From assembly GCA_000503915.1 (NCBI GenBank), contig CP006915.1, forward strand, positions 210,001 through 242,000: DNA of 32,000 nucleotides, given 5' to 3'. Below are positions 17,025 through 25,496 of this stretch, in pieces; position 1 is the stretch's first letter; every line of letters begins with the position of its first letter. The notes under the pieces were generated by a model that saw only the letters and a list, made by a program, of their open reading frames with translations, had not been told where the DNA came from and did not search any database. The DNA comes from Candidatus Saccharimonadota bacterium. Its GTDB lineage: Bacteria; Patescibacteriota; Saccharimonadia; Saccharimonadales; Saccharimonadaceae. Both the position numbers and the translations under genes were made by a program.

Positions 17025-18713
17025 CTATGCTTCGCCGGGGGTGGCGGTCGGAAGCGCTTTTTTGAGTTCACGTTCCTTCAGCATAAAGACCAGTACAGCG
17101 GCGATGAGCATCAGGATAGCCGATGTCACAAAGATTGAGCGGAGTGACTTACTAAAGGCATGCGTAACCCTACTAGCGTACTCGTCTTGGTTTTTATGAA
17201 AGGCCTTTTCAGCCTGTGTTTTAGCTGGCGCTGGCATGTTGGCAACGCCTTCGTTAAACCCGTCCGTGATTTTATCTTTGACGTCGGGCGTGTTGAGTGT
17301 CAGAAGTGTATTGGCATTACTAAAGTCGCCGATCTCTTTCGCCTCGGAATTCTGAGCAATCATCTTAACGTACGGGTCATTCTGTACGTTCGTTAGATGC
17401 AGCGCGATACCACTAGTCAGCATAGCGCCAAACAGCGCGATACCGATCGTCGAGCCGAGGCCTCTGAAGAGCTGGATTGAGCTGGTCGCGGCACCAAGGT
17501 CCCGCTGCTCAAACTCATTTTGTACCGCCACATTCATGACCGGCATAACAAACCCAAGCCCAAAGCCGACCAGCGCCATCATGATTGCTTCGTGCCAGTA
17601 GGGCGACTCCGGTGTCAGCGTCGCTAGAAGAGCGATCATCGCCGTGGCGATGACGATACCAACCTGCATGAATATCTTGTAGCGGCCAATCCGGGAAATG
17701 ATCTGCCCCGAGCCGATACTAGCCACCATGATACCGCCGACCATCGGTAGCAACATCAGGCCAGAATCAGTCGGCGAGGCGCCAAAAACCTGCTGGTTAA
17801 ACTGCGTCAAATAGATGATCGAACCCATGAAGCCGGCGCCAAACAGTGTAGCAATCGCCATGACAAGTACGAAGTTTTTATTCTCAAAAAAACGAAGCGG
17901 CAGGATCGGCTGGTCGGCCTTTCGCTCAAAGTAGATAAATAGTCCAGCACTGAGTGCTACGATCGCCCCCATGATGACGCGCATACCGGTGAGCGATAGG
18001 CTGAACTGATCCATCAGGCTGCCGAATATCTGCTCGGTGTTATCAACCGCAAGCACCAGTGTGGCCAGCGCGACCGTCAGTAGCGCGGCACCAATATAGT
18101 CGATTTTTGGCTTTGCCTCATGCCTCAGGCTCGGGCTAAAGATGGCGATCAATGCAAAAGCGGCTAGTGCTACTGGTACGTTGATAAAGAACGTCCAGCG
18201 CCAATCAGTCGTCAGACCAAACAGCGGCTGGCCGTCGGTCAACCAGCCGCCCAGTAGTGGCCCGATGACCGATGAGATACCAAAAACTGCTCCGATCAAT
18301 CCCTGCCATTTACCGCGCTCACGCGCTGCAAACAAGTCGCCGACGATCGTAAAGGCATTGGCCGTAATGATACCGCCACCAATACCCTGGACAGCGCGAG
18401 CCAGAATAAGTGCCGTAATATCGGGCGCGGCGCCGCTTAAGAACGAGCCGAGACCAAAGATCGCTACACCAATTAGCAGAATGGTACGACGGCCAAACAA
18501 GTCGGATAATTTACCAGCGATCGGCACCGTCACCGTCGTCGTTAGCAGATACGCTGTGACGATCCAGCTCAGCTGATCAAAAGCGTTAAAATCCTCGACG
18601 ATTTTGCCGAGTGCGGTAGCGACAATGGTCTGGTCGAGCGCCACCAAAAACAGGCTGGCCATGACCGAAAGCATAATAATCAGCTTGCCGCGAAGGCTGA
18701 GGTGGTGATGCAT
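17025..18713 (-). CDS. MFS transporter, DHA2 (EmrB/QacA, 14-TMS) drug:H+ antiporter family
   Basis: N-terminus LVALDQTIVATALGKIVEDF ... GKLSDLFGRR (motif A), 562 aa with about 14 TM, and a long hydrophilic loop before the last helix. Confidence 0.85.
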   Translation of the reverse strand: MHHHLSLRGKLIIMLSVMASLFLVALDQTIVATALGKIVEDFNAFDQLSWIVTAYLLTTTVTVPIAGKLSDLFGRRTILLIGVAIFGLGSFLSGAAPDITALILARAVQGIGGGIITANAFTIVGDLFAARERGKWQGLIGAVFGISSVIGPLLGGWLTDGQPLFGLTTDWRWTFFINVPVALAAFALIAIFSPSLRHEAKPKIDYIGAALLTVALATLVLAVDNTEQIFGSLMDQFSLSLTGMRVIMGAIVALSAGLFIYFERKADQPILPLRFFENKNFVLVMAIATLFGAGFMGSIIYLTQFNQQVFGASPTDSGLMLLPMVGGIMVASIGSGQIISRIGRYKIFMQVGIVIATAMIALLATLTPESPYWHEAIMMALVGFGLGFVMPVMNVAVQNEFEQRDLGAATSSIQLFRGLGSTIGIALFGAMLTSGIALHLTNVQNDPYVKMIAQNSEAKEIGDFSNANTLLTLNTPDVKDKITDGFNEGVANMPAPAKTQAEKAFHKNQDEYASRVTHAFSKSLRSIFVTSAILMLIAAVLVFMLKERELKKALPTATPGEA

Positions 18714-18725
18714 GAAAAGGGTTCC

Positions 18726-18983
18726 TTACTGTTTGTTATCGTTGGTTTGTCGCTGGAGAGAGCGAAAGGCTTCGGCATGAGCGGTGATCTTATCGATCAT
18801 CTCGGCCAGTTTTTCCTCTTTGATAAGCACAAGGCCCGCGCCGTCCATACCGCACACCACATACAACCGGTCGCCCGGCTGGATATTGAGCTCCTCGCGT
18901 GCATCGGAAGGAATAACAATCTGTCCTTTTGTACCAACGGTCGCGGTGCCATAAAGTTTTCTATCGTGGAGCGGATTTCCCAT
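18726..18983 (-). CDS. AbrB/MazE/SpoVT-family DNA-binding protein (85 aa)
   Basis: Swapped-hairpin motif GTATVGTKGQIVIPSDAREELNIQPGDRLYVV. It lies 12 nt upstream of, and co-oriented with, the MFS pump. Confidence 0.8.
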   Translation of the reverse strand: MGNPLHDRKLYGTATVGTKGQIVIPSDAREELNIQPGDRLYVVCGMDGAGLVLIKEEKLAEMIDKITAHAEAFRSLQRQTNDNKQ

Positions 18984-18991
18984 ATGTAGTT

Positions 18992-19021
18992 AGTGTAGCA
19001 AAAGTATGAAAAGTATGTCAA
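18992..19021 (-). promoter_or_regulatory. Promoter of the AbrB-like gene (leaderless-type spacing)
   Basis: Minus strand: TTGACA (19021..19016), 18 nt, TACACT (18997..18992), 8 nt, ATG 18983. There is no SD. Confidence 0.4.
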
Positions 19022-19028
19022 GTATGAA
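19002..19028. repeat. Three tandem 9-bp repeats AAGTATGAA / AAGTATGTC / AAGTATGAA
   Basis: Read directly at 19002-19010, 19011-19019 and 19020-19028. They overlap the -35 and spacer of the AbrB-like gene promoter. Confidence 0.6.
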
Positions 19029-19052
19029 ATGGAGACTGTGTCCGATGCTATA

Positions 19053-19081
19053 TTGACATATGTACAACTTCATTGTAGAAT
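19053..19081 (+). promoter_or_regulatory. Near-consensus sigma70 promoter for the 59-aa membrane ORF
   Basis: TTGACA (19053-19058), 17 nt (ending in TG), TAGAAT (19076-19081). Confidence 0.5.
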
Positions 19082-19117
19082 GTTACGACACACGACGTCG
19101 AGTCCTTAGGGGGGATC

Positions 19118-19297
19118 ATGAACCCGATTGTGTGGACAGAGTTGATCTCTGTCGTTGCCATCCTCTGCATCATCGCACTGACGATCGGCAATATTGTCGC
19201 TAGCTCGGGGTGGCAAAAAGTCGGCTGGCTTGTTGCTGGCCTGCTCAGCGCCACTGTCATCACTATCCTTGCCCTCGGGGCACGGTCGCAGTGGTAG
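19118..19297 (+). CDS. Small membrane protein (59 aa, 2 TM), below the ORF-track cutoff
   Basis: AGGGGGGA RBS (19108-19115), ATG at 19118, TAG at 19295-19297. Peptide MNPIVWTELISVVAILCIIALTIGNIVASSGWQKVGWLVAGLLSATVITILALGARSQW. Confidence 0.5.
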   Translation: MNPIVWTELISVVAILCIIALTIGNIVASSGWQKVGWLVAGLLSATVITILALGARSQW

Positions 19298-19443
19298 CTG
19301 GCGGCGCACCCTGTCTTGGCGGGTGGAGCGCGGATCGAGGTAGTCACTATCTCTCCGCCTCCCCCGTCGAGACTCGCATTCTATAACTAACGAGTTATAC
19401 TGATGAGTCCTATTAATGAGGACGAAAATGCAAATCAATCCAT

Positions 19444-21825
19444 CTAGGTATTGTTGGCTGCAGGCCAGCGCCAGTCGACAACTTCGGGCATGTCTTCGCC
19501 ATGTTCTGTGATGTAGTAGCTGTGCTCGACCAGTTTTTTCTCCATCAGTTCCTTGAGACCCCGAGCCTTATCGTCTTCTAGTCCGAGCCGCTCGATCACG
19601 TCCATCACCAAGTGGAAACGATCGAGGTCGTTACGTACCGTCATGTCAAAAGCCGTCGTGATCGTTCCCTCTTCCTTGTAACCACGCACATGAAGCTTGC
19701 GATTAGTACGGCGGTACGTCAACCGGTGTACGACCCATGGGTAGCCGTGAAAGGCAAAGATAATCTCTTTATCCTTCGTAAACAATGTGTCGTAATCCGG
19801 GTCGCTCAGACCGTGTGGATGTTCGGTGTCGGGCTGTAGACGCATCAGGTCGACGACATTGACGACACGGACTTTTAAGTCAGGTAAATACTGGCGCAGA
19901 ATAGAAGCTGCTGCCAACGTTTCAAGCGTCGGCACGTCACCAGCGCAGGCCATGACAACATCAGGTTCAACTCCTTCGTCATTACTCGCCCACTGCCAGA
20001 CACCAACACCTTCGGTACAATGGTCGATTGCTTCTTCCATACTGAGCCACTGCGGTCCGTCGTGCTTGCCGGTAATCGTCAGATTGATGTAGTTGCGACT
20101 CTTTAGACAATGGTCCATCACCGACAACAGACTATTCGCATCCGGCGGCAGGTAAATACGTGCTACCGAGGCTTTTTTGTTGAGCAAGTGGTCAATGAAG
20201 CCCGGATCCTGGTGGGTAAATCCGTTGTGATCCTGGCGCCAGACATGCGAAGTCAGCAGATAATTGAGCGAGGCAATGTCGTGCCGCCACGGCAGCTCCG
20301 AGCACATCTTCAGCCACTTGGCGTGCTGGTTAACCATTGAGTCAACAATCCGAATGAATGCTTCGTAGCTATGGATAATACCGTGTCGGCCGGTTAGCAG
20401 ATAGCCTTCCAGCCAGCCCTCGGCTTGGTGCTCGCTGAGCATTGCGTCGAGCACTGCACCGCTCGGCGCTAGGAATTCGTCATGTGTTTTTGTGCGCGCG
20501 TCCCACTGGCGATTGGTTGCCTCAAAGACGGCCTCAAGTCGGTTCGATATGGTTTCATCAGGAGCAAAAATCCGGAAATTGTGATGTTCTTGGTTGTAAC
20601 GCACAACATCGCGCAGGTACGGCCCTAGTACGTGCATATTGCCATCACTGCATTCACTGCGCTCTTTCACTTCGATGGCGTACTCTCTGAAATCGGGTAG
20701 ATACAGCTCACGCAGCAGGGTGCCACCATTAGCATACTCACTCGCTCCCATGCGTTTTTTACCGCTCGGCGCCAATGCGGCAAGGGCTGGTAGCAACCGT
20801 CCGTTTTCGTCAAACAGTTCTTCCGGTCGATAACTTTTTAGCCACGCTTCAAGGAGCTCAACGTTTTCCGAATGAGACGCATCAACGAGAAGCGGTACTT
20901 GGTGCGAGCGGAAATTACCTTCGATCTGCTTGCCATCGATCTGTTTTGGCCCCGTCCAGCCCTTCGGCGACCGCAGCACAATCATTGGCCAACGCGGCCG
21001 AGTCAGATCGTCATCCTCACGCGCGCGCTGCTGGATCTGTTTGATTTCGGTAATAGCCGTATCAACTATCTCTGCCATCCGCTGATGCATATATTCGGGT
21101 TCGTCGCCTTCAACGAAATACGGTGTCCAGCCGTAGCCACGCAGTAACTGTTCAAGCTCTTCTGGCTCAATACGAGCCAGCAGCGTCGGGTTACTGATCT
21201 TATAACCATTGAGGTGGAGAATCGGCAGTACCGCTCCATCGGTCTGGGGGTTGAGGAACTTATTGGAGTGCCAGGCAGTCGCAAGTGGACCAGTTTCGGC
21301 TTCGCCGTCACCTACCACACAAGCAGCGATCAGGTCGGGGTGATCAAAGACCGCTCCAAAGGCATGGCTCAAACTGTAGCCGAGTTCACCACCTTCGTGG
21401 ATCGAGCCAGGAACCTGTGGCGAAACATGACTCGATAGCCCGCCTGGATAGGAAAACATCTGAAACAACTTCCTAAGCCCCGCTTCGTTTTGCTCCACCC
21501 GCGGATAATATTCGCTGAACGTCCCCTCTAGATAAACGTTTCCGACCAATGCCGGACCGCCGTGTCCGGGGCCGGACAGGTAGATCATATCGAGATCATA
21601 CTCACGAATGGCACGGTTGAGATGAGCATAGATAAAGTTTTGCCCTGGTGTCGTACCCCAGTGGCCAAGCAACATCTTTTTGATGTGTTCAAGCTGTAGT
21701 GGCTCCTTTAAGAGCGGGTTGTCGCGCAGATAAATCTGGCCGACCGAAATATAGTTTGCTGCCCGCCAATAGGCATCAATTGTGTAGAGTTCGTCACTGT
21801 TTAATGGACCACTGTATGGTTCCAC
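19444..21825 (-). CDS. xfp: Xylulose-5-phosphate/fructose-6-phosphate phosphoketolase
   Basis: 793 aa. N-terminal [15 protein letters not shown] ... [18 protein letters not shown] and the ThDP-binding GPGHGGPA and EGGELGYS blocks are typical of Xfp. GTG start sits behind AAGGTGGG. Confidence 0.92.
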   Translation of the reverse strand: MEPYSGPLNSDELYTIDAYWRAANYISVGQIYLRDNPLLKEPLQLEHIKKMLLGHWGTTPGQNFIYAHLNRAIREYDLDMIYLSGPGHGGPALVGNVYLEGTFSEYYPRVEQNEAGLRKLFQMFSYPGGLSSHVSPQVPGSIHEGGELGYSLSHAFGAVFDHPDLIAACVVGDGEAETGPLATAWHSNKFLNPQTDGAVLPILHLNGYKISNPTLLARIEPEELEQLLRGYGWTPYFVEGDEPEYMHQRMAEIVDTAITEIKQIQQRAREDDDLTRPRWPMIVLRSPKGWTGPKQIDGKQIEGNFRSHQVPLLVDASHSENVELLEAWLKSYRPEELFDENGRLLPALAALAPSGKKRMGASEYANGGTLLRELYLPDFREYAIEVKERSECSDGNMHVLGPYLRDVVRYNQEHHNFRIFAPDETISNRLEAVFEATNRQWDARTKTHDEFLAPSGAVLDAMLSEHQAEGWLEGYLLTGRHGIIHSYEAFIRIVDSMVNQHAKWLKMCSELPWRHDIASLNYLLTSHVWRQDHNGFTHQDPGFIDHLLNKKASVARIYLPPDANSLLSVMDHCLKSRNYINLTITGKHDGPQWLSMEEAIDHCTEGVGVWQWASNDEGVEPDVVMACAGDVPTLETLAAASILRQYLPDLKVRVVNVVDLMRLQPDTEHPHGLSDPDYDTLFTKDKEIIFAFHGYPWVVHRLTYRRTNRKLHVRGYKEEGTITTAFDMTVRNDLDRFHLVMDVIERLGLEDDKARGLKELMEKKLVEHSYYITEHGEDMPEVVDWRWPAANNT

Positions 21826-21896
21826 ATTCCCACCTTAGTACTGTTAGTATTGCTTGAAGAGTTACCACGCTTCTTATGCTATTATACTACGTGTCG

Positions 21897-21920
21897 AAAA
21901 AAGCAGGCGACACCTCGCCT
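21897..21920 (-). terminator. GC-rich hairpin with a T6 tract on the minus strand (orphan terminator-like element)
   Basis: Plus strand reads AAAAAAGC-AGGCGA-CACC-TCGCCT. On the minus strand the hairpin is followed by GCTTTTTT. Confidence 0.35.
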
Positions 21921-21965
21921 CAGGGTTCCTTTTACTGCGTCGGGGGTGTAAGCTAGAAAGTAGTT

Positions 21966-22235
21966 ATGCTAGATACAACTTCTGTCGATCCAACGCAGAT
22001 TACCGATCAGTTGACGCAGCAATTCGCTGGTATCTTGATGCTCGTAATAATCGTTTCGCTCGTTTTAACCGCCATTATTTTGACCCTTTGGATTGTTAGC
22101 CTGGTGCGCAAATGGCAGATGCAAAAAGCCATCTCGGAGATGCGCGATATCCTGCGCGAAATAAACGAGCGACAAAAGCAGCAAACGCCGCTTCATGATA
22201 AACCGGTGGTCTTAAAAGAAGAGCGCTTGCCCTAG
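21966..22235 (+). CDS. Hypothetical single-pass membrane protein (89 aa)
   Basis: TM helix GILMLVIIVSLVLTAIILTLWIVSLV followed by a charged tail. No family recognised. Confidence 0.5.
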   Translation: MLDTTSVDPTQITDQLTQQFAGILMLVIIVSLVLTAIILTLWIVSLVRKWQMQKAISEMRDILREINERQKQQTPLHDKPVVLKEERLP

Positions 22236-22241
22236 TCGCTG

Positions 22242-22511
22242 CTATAGGTAGCGTGCGTTTACTTGGTCTTTATTGATGCCATTTACCAGATTGGTAAAAC
22301 CCATCTGGCGCAGAAAGTGCATCGAGACATTTGAACGGCTACCAGACTTGCAGTAAAGGATGATTTGGGTATCTTTTGGCACGCTCGTGAGCTCTTTGGC
22401 CCCAGCCATCAGACGTGCTGGGGGGATGTTCAATGCCCCTTTGACGTGCCCGCCGGCATATTCAAACGGCTCGCGAACGTCAATGATAATACGTGAGGAT
22501 AGGCTACTCAT
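22242..22511 (-). CDS. Single-domain rhodanese-like sulfurtransferase (89 aa)
   Basis: IIDVREPFEYAGGHVKGALNIP and catalytic loop YCKSGSRS. AAGGAG RBS. Confidence 0.85.
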   Translation of the reverse strand: MSSLSSRIIIDVREPFEYAGGHVKGALNIPPARLMAGAKELTSVPKDTQIILYCKSGSRSNVSMHFLRQMGFTNLVNGINKDQVNARYL

Positions 22512-22549
22512 AAGCTCCTTATGTCGTTAAGTGATATTCTTATACTATT

Positions 22550-22572
22550 TTAATGTAAATCGTTTACATTAA
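22550..22572. promoter_or_regulatory. 10-3-10 perfect inverted repeat TTAATGTAAA-TCG-TTTACATTAA (candidate Fur-family operator)
   Basis: Read directly. It is centred in the 86-bp divergent rhodanese/fur intergenic region and overlaps the fur -35. Confidence 0.5.
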
Positions 22573-22591
22573 CAAGACATATTGCTATACT
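22563..22591 (+). promoter_or_regulatory. Promoter of the Fur-family gene (leaderless-type spacing)
   Basis: TTTACA (22563-22568), 17 nt, TATACT (22586-22591), 6 nt, ATG 22598. There is no SD. Confidence 0.45.
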
Positions 22592-22597
22592 TTTACT

Positions 22598-22996
22598 ATG
22601 AATACAGTCGCTCCGTCACGTCAGACAAAATACTGCCAAGCGATCGAGACGATCCTCGCTGGGCGTGGCCATGCTACTAATGCTGAATTGCTACGCGAAC
22701 TACGCGAGAGCTTCCCCGGCCTAAGTGCCACAACGGTTCACCGAGCTACCGCGCGACTGGCTGGCCGTGGACAAATTGCTCTTGCGCCACCGGCTCCGGA
22801 CGGGTCACTTCGCTACGACCACGTAACCAAACCTCATGATCATTTTATGTGCTCGGCATGCGGCGCTCTGCGTGACACCGATGTGATGCACGATATCACC
22901 CCATTGCTCGAAGCCCGTATCGGTAATTGCCGAATCTCGGGTCGCCTCACCATCATGGGCACCTGCCAACAATGCATGAAAGGAGAACTTGCATGA
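22598..22996 (+). CDS. Fur-family metalloregulator (Fur/PerR/Zur type undetermined)
   Basis: Winged-helix N-domain (HATNAELLRELRESFPGLSATTVHRATARL), HDHFMCSACG and C-terminal GTCQQC zinc-site cysteines. Confidence 0.85.
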   Translation: MNTVAPSRQTKYCQAIETILAGRGHATNAELLRELRESFPGLSATTVHRATARLAGRGQIALAPPAPDGSLRYDHVTKPHDHFMCSACGALRDTDVMHDITPLLEARIGNCRISGRLTIMGTCQQCMKGELA

Positions 22997-23244
22997 CAAA
23001 AATAACCATTTATACCACCCGAACCTGTCCGTTTTGCGTCCAGCTTGAAAGATGGCTCGACACACAAGGAATCGAGTATACCGACTATAAAGTTGACACT
23101 AATCCAATTGCTGCCCAAAATATGGTTCGCCTGAGCGGCCAGATGGGCGTACCGTTTAGCACCATCGAATTTGACGATGGTCGTATGGAAACCGTGCTCG
23201 GCTTTGACCGCCAGCGATTCAGCACGCTACTCGCAAAGAGCTAA
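22993..23244 (+). CDS. Glutaredoxin-family small redox protein (83 aa, CPFC active site)
   Basis: MTKITIYTTRTCPFCVQLERWL ... GVPFSTI. ATG overlaps the fur stop (ATGA 22993-22996), with AAAGGAG RBS 7 nt upstream. The track start at 22927 is inside fur. Confidence 0.8.
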   Translation: MTKITIYTTRTCPFCVQLERWLDTQGIEYTDYKVDTNPIAAQNMVRLSGQMGVPFSTIEFDDGRMETVLGFDRQRFSTLLAKS

Positions 23245-23444
23245 GCGCCAAGAACTTGCAGTACGTGGTAGAGAACAAATGCCGGCCAGACAATTGCCTG
23301 TAAAAACGCTAGAATGACCTGCCAGAAGCCATCCGCCTGTTCCACGAAGTAGACGAGTGCACCGATAAAAGCGACAAACAGCACGAAGCCGCCCGCGCCG
23401 CCGGAATTGTTGATAACTTTTACTGTTTTGCTTTTTTCTACCAT
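23241..23444 (-). CDS. Small membrane protein (67 aa, 2 TM)
   Basis: AAGGAGGGG RBS lies before ATG 23444. TM helices GGFVLFVAFIGALVYFV and VILAFLQAIVWPAFVLYHVL. Confidence 0.5.
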   Translation of the reverse strand: MVEKSKTVKVINNSGGAGGFVLFVAFIGALVYFVEQADGFWQVILAFLQAIVWPAFVLYHVLQVLGA

Positions 23445-23491
23445 CACAGCCCCTCCTTAGAAGCTACGTATGTGTCTGTGTATAGCCAGTG

Positions 23492-23806
23492 TTATTTTTT
23501 GATCTTTCGAACAGTCGGTCCGGCGACAGCATCGAGCAAGCCGACAAGCAGCAAGGCGACGACACCATACATTACCATGGCAAACAAAGTCGAGAACTCA
23601 AAAACATAGGTGTTTTCAAACACTTTGATTGGGAAAATATTGCGAAACGGCTCGAGCAAAGCGCCACTCATTTCATATACCCAGTTCACGAATCCGTTGC
23701 TGGCATTAGCGCCAAAGAGCTTCAGCAGCAAACGCAACCCTAGGAACACCTCGACCAATACCAGAAAGGCGGTGATTAAATTGTTTGTAAGATAGCGTAC
23801 ATTCAT
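23492..23806 (-). CDS. YggT-family membrane protein
   Basis: 104 aa, 2-3 TM. Central conserved LLEPFRNIFP block and overall YggT/Ycf19 topology. Confidence 0.65.
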   Translation of the reverse strand: MNVRYLTNNLITAFLVLVEVFLGLRLLLKLFGANASNGFVNWVYEMSGALLEPFRNIFPIKVFENTYVFEFSTLFAMVMYGVVALLLVGLLDAVAGPTVRKIKK

Positions 23807-23968
23807 GATCGTACCCCTACTCCCTTTGTTATGTTGTAATTTGCATTATACGCCACCGTCCTCACTCATTCAAATCATCTTCATTGGAGCCAATCACAAC
23901 ACTCGCCCGCAACAAAGGGACCTACTGGCTGTCCATACTGCTGCTTTAAATGCGGTCAGATTTTTGCA

Positions 23969-24634
23969 TTACTCTATTACGAAGCTATCCAGTATCGCCT
24001 TTATCGTTTTATCAGATGAGCCCCCGTAAGGATAAATGGAAAGCTCATAAAGCGTCCCATTTTTAAGTACATAGATATCTTCGTCTGTTTCAGTATAGAT
24101 AGCTTTGGCACTTTTTGCTGCCATGCCATTTACTGTGATTGCTCGTACGTCGGTTGGCTCGTAGGATAGAGCACCGGTACTAACGTTACTATTGCCTAAT
24201 TTATTATAAAATTCAGTCGTGGTAAGACCACCGGTCATATTGCGAAAGTTCACGTCACTTGCATCGTCATTCGCATAAGTATAAATCGCAATATTCTTAT
24301 AACCTTTCGGGTAATTTGTCCCGGCATCTTTTTCTGTATCCGACTTCATAGTAGGATCAAAGTTGCGAACACCCACCACATCACCATCTGGTGGCAGCAC
24401 TACCGACCAAGTCTGTGGGTACTTTAAGCTATACCCATTACCTTCGCTGGCGTATGATCGCCATCCGGCATATAGATCCGTAGCGTTTTCAGACTTTTGT
24501 GTTGTTTCGGCTTTACCAGAGGTTAAGTCTTCACGAATAAAATTCTGCCAGTAGATGAAACCAAGCGCTCCAACCAAAGCAATTACTAGTCCGATAATAA
24601 GTACTACGTGCACAAAACCTTTTTGTGATTTCAT
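23969..24634 (-). CDS. Hypothetical exported/membrane-anchored protein (221 aa)
   Basis: N-terminal anchor FVHVVLIIGLVIALVGALGFIYW followed by a beta-rich soluble domain. Low-GC gene, no family recognised. Confidence 0.55.
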   Translation of the reverse strand: MKSQKGFVHVVLIIGLVIALVGALGFIYWQNFIREDLTSGKAETTQKSENATDLYAGWRSYASEGNGYSLKYPQTWSVVLPPDGDVVGVRNFDPTMKSDTEKDAGTNYPKGYKNIAIYTYANDDASDVNFRNMTGGLTTTEFYNKLGNSNVSTGALSYEPTDVRAITVNGMAAKSAKAIYTETDEDIYVLKNGTLYELSIYPYGGSSDKTIKAILDSFVIE

Positions 24635-24734
24635 ACGATTCCCTTTCTTTACTATATTTAGCTTAATCTAAGCATTACCAATATAGAAGTACAATAGGAA
24701 ATGTATGGTGATTAAGGGCTTAGAAACCTGGCGA

Positions 24735-25496
24735 CTACGGACGCAGTGTGCCGGCAAATACCTGCCAGGCCAATAGAGACTTGGCTACCAAGCTCAGTAG
24801 GATATACATGAATTCACCATATAGGTAATTTTTCCAAGGGCCAACTTTTTTGTATTGCAGCACCATATTGACAGCAAAACAGTTAAAGAAAATGAAGATT
24901 GATACGAATATCCAATATACAAAATCAGGCGCTTTTGCCCCCTGGTCGGCACCGAGCCACATATAAAATGCAATCACCGCCCAAGGAATAATTCCTGCCA
25001 AACAACCTACCCAGAAGCTAAGCCAATTTGTTTTCTTAGTCGTCTGGTTGTGAACTTCCATCACAAGCCCCATGAGGTTCATTATTGCCACGAGGCTAAA
25101 GATCATCACAAGACTCATGAAATCATACACACCAACCAACAGGCTAACGGCAACCATCATGACGCTCGCCGAAATTGCATACTCAATCCAGCGGGCTTTG
25201 TTGATGCCCTGCGCGAGCAATCTGACGTACTGCCGGTTATAGAAGCTGGCGATACTAAAGTGCGCCACTGCCGACAAGAAGAAGAACAAGGCTATGAGCC
25301 AGGGCAACGAGACATCAAAGAGGGTTGTCGTTGTCTGTTCAAGGCTTTGGGAGGTTGGGTTGAATTGAAGAAAGCTACCACTCACCGGCAAAAGGAACTC
25401 TTTACTCAACATAAGCACCGCTATGCCCTGTGCTAAGTGGATAAACCCTGCAAAAATGTTATATCTACGTAATGATGTTTTTATCTGCTTTTTCAT
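24735..25496 (-). CDS. Heliorhodopsin (7-TM retinal protein, inverted topology family)
   Basis: Full-length similarity, recalled from memory, to heliorhodopsin 48C12: FAGFIHLAQGIAVL (His20), AVAHF (His79), RWIEYAISASVMMV (Glu105), FWVGCLAGIIPWAVI, and YILLSLVAKSLLAWQVFAGTL (Lys239, codon 24782..24780). Confidence 0.85.
   Translation of the reverse strand: MKKQIKTSLRRYNIFAGFIHLAQGIAVLMLSKEFLLPVSGSFLQFNPTSQSLEQTTTTLFDVSLPWLIALFFFLSAVAHFSIASFYNRQYVRLLAQGINKARWIEYAISASVMMVAVSLLVGVYDFMSLVMIFSLVAIMNLMGLVMEVHNQTTKKTNWLSFWVGCLAGIIPWAVIAFYMWLGADQGAKAPDFVYWIFVSIFIFFNCFAVNMVLQYKKVGPWKNYLYGEFMYILLSLVAKSLLAWQVFAGTLRP

Noticed and set aside
19048-19438. 99-aa and 110-aa minus-strand ORFs from the track.
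   Set aside because: Their composition is Arg/Pro/Asp-rich and they have no RBS. The opposite strand has a promoter, an SD and a clean two-TM 59-aa ORF that explains the open frames better.
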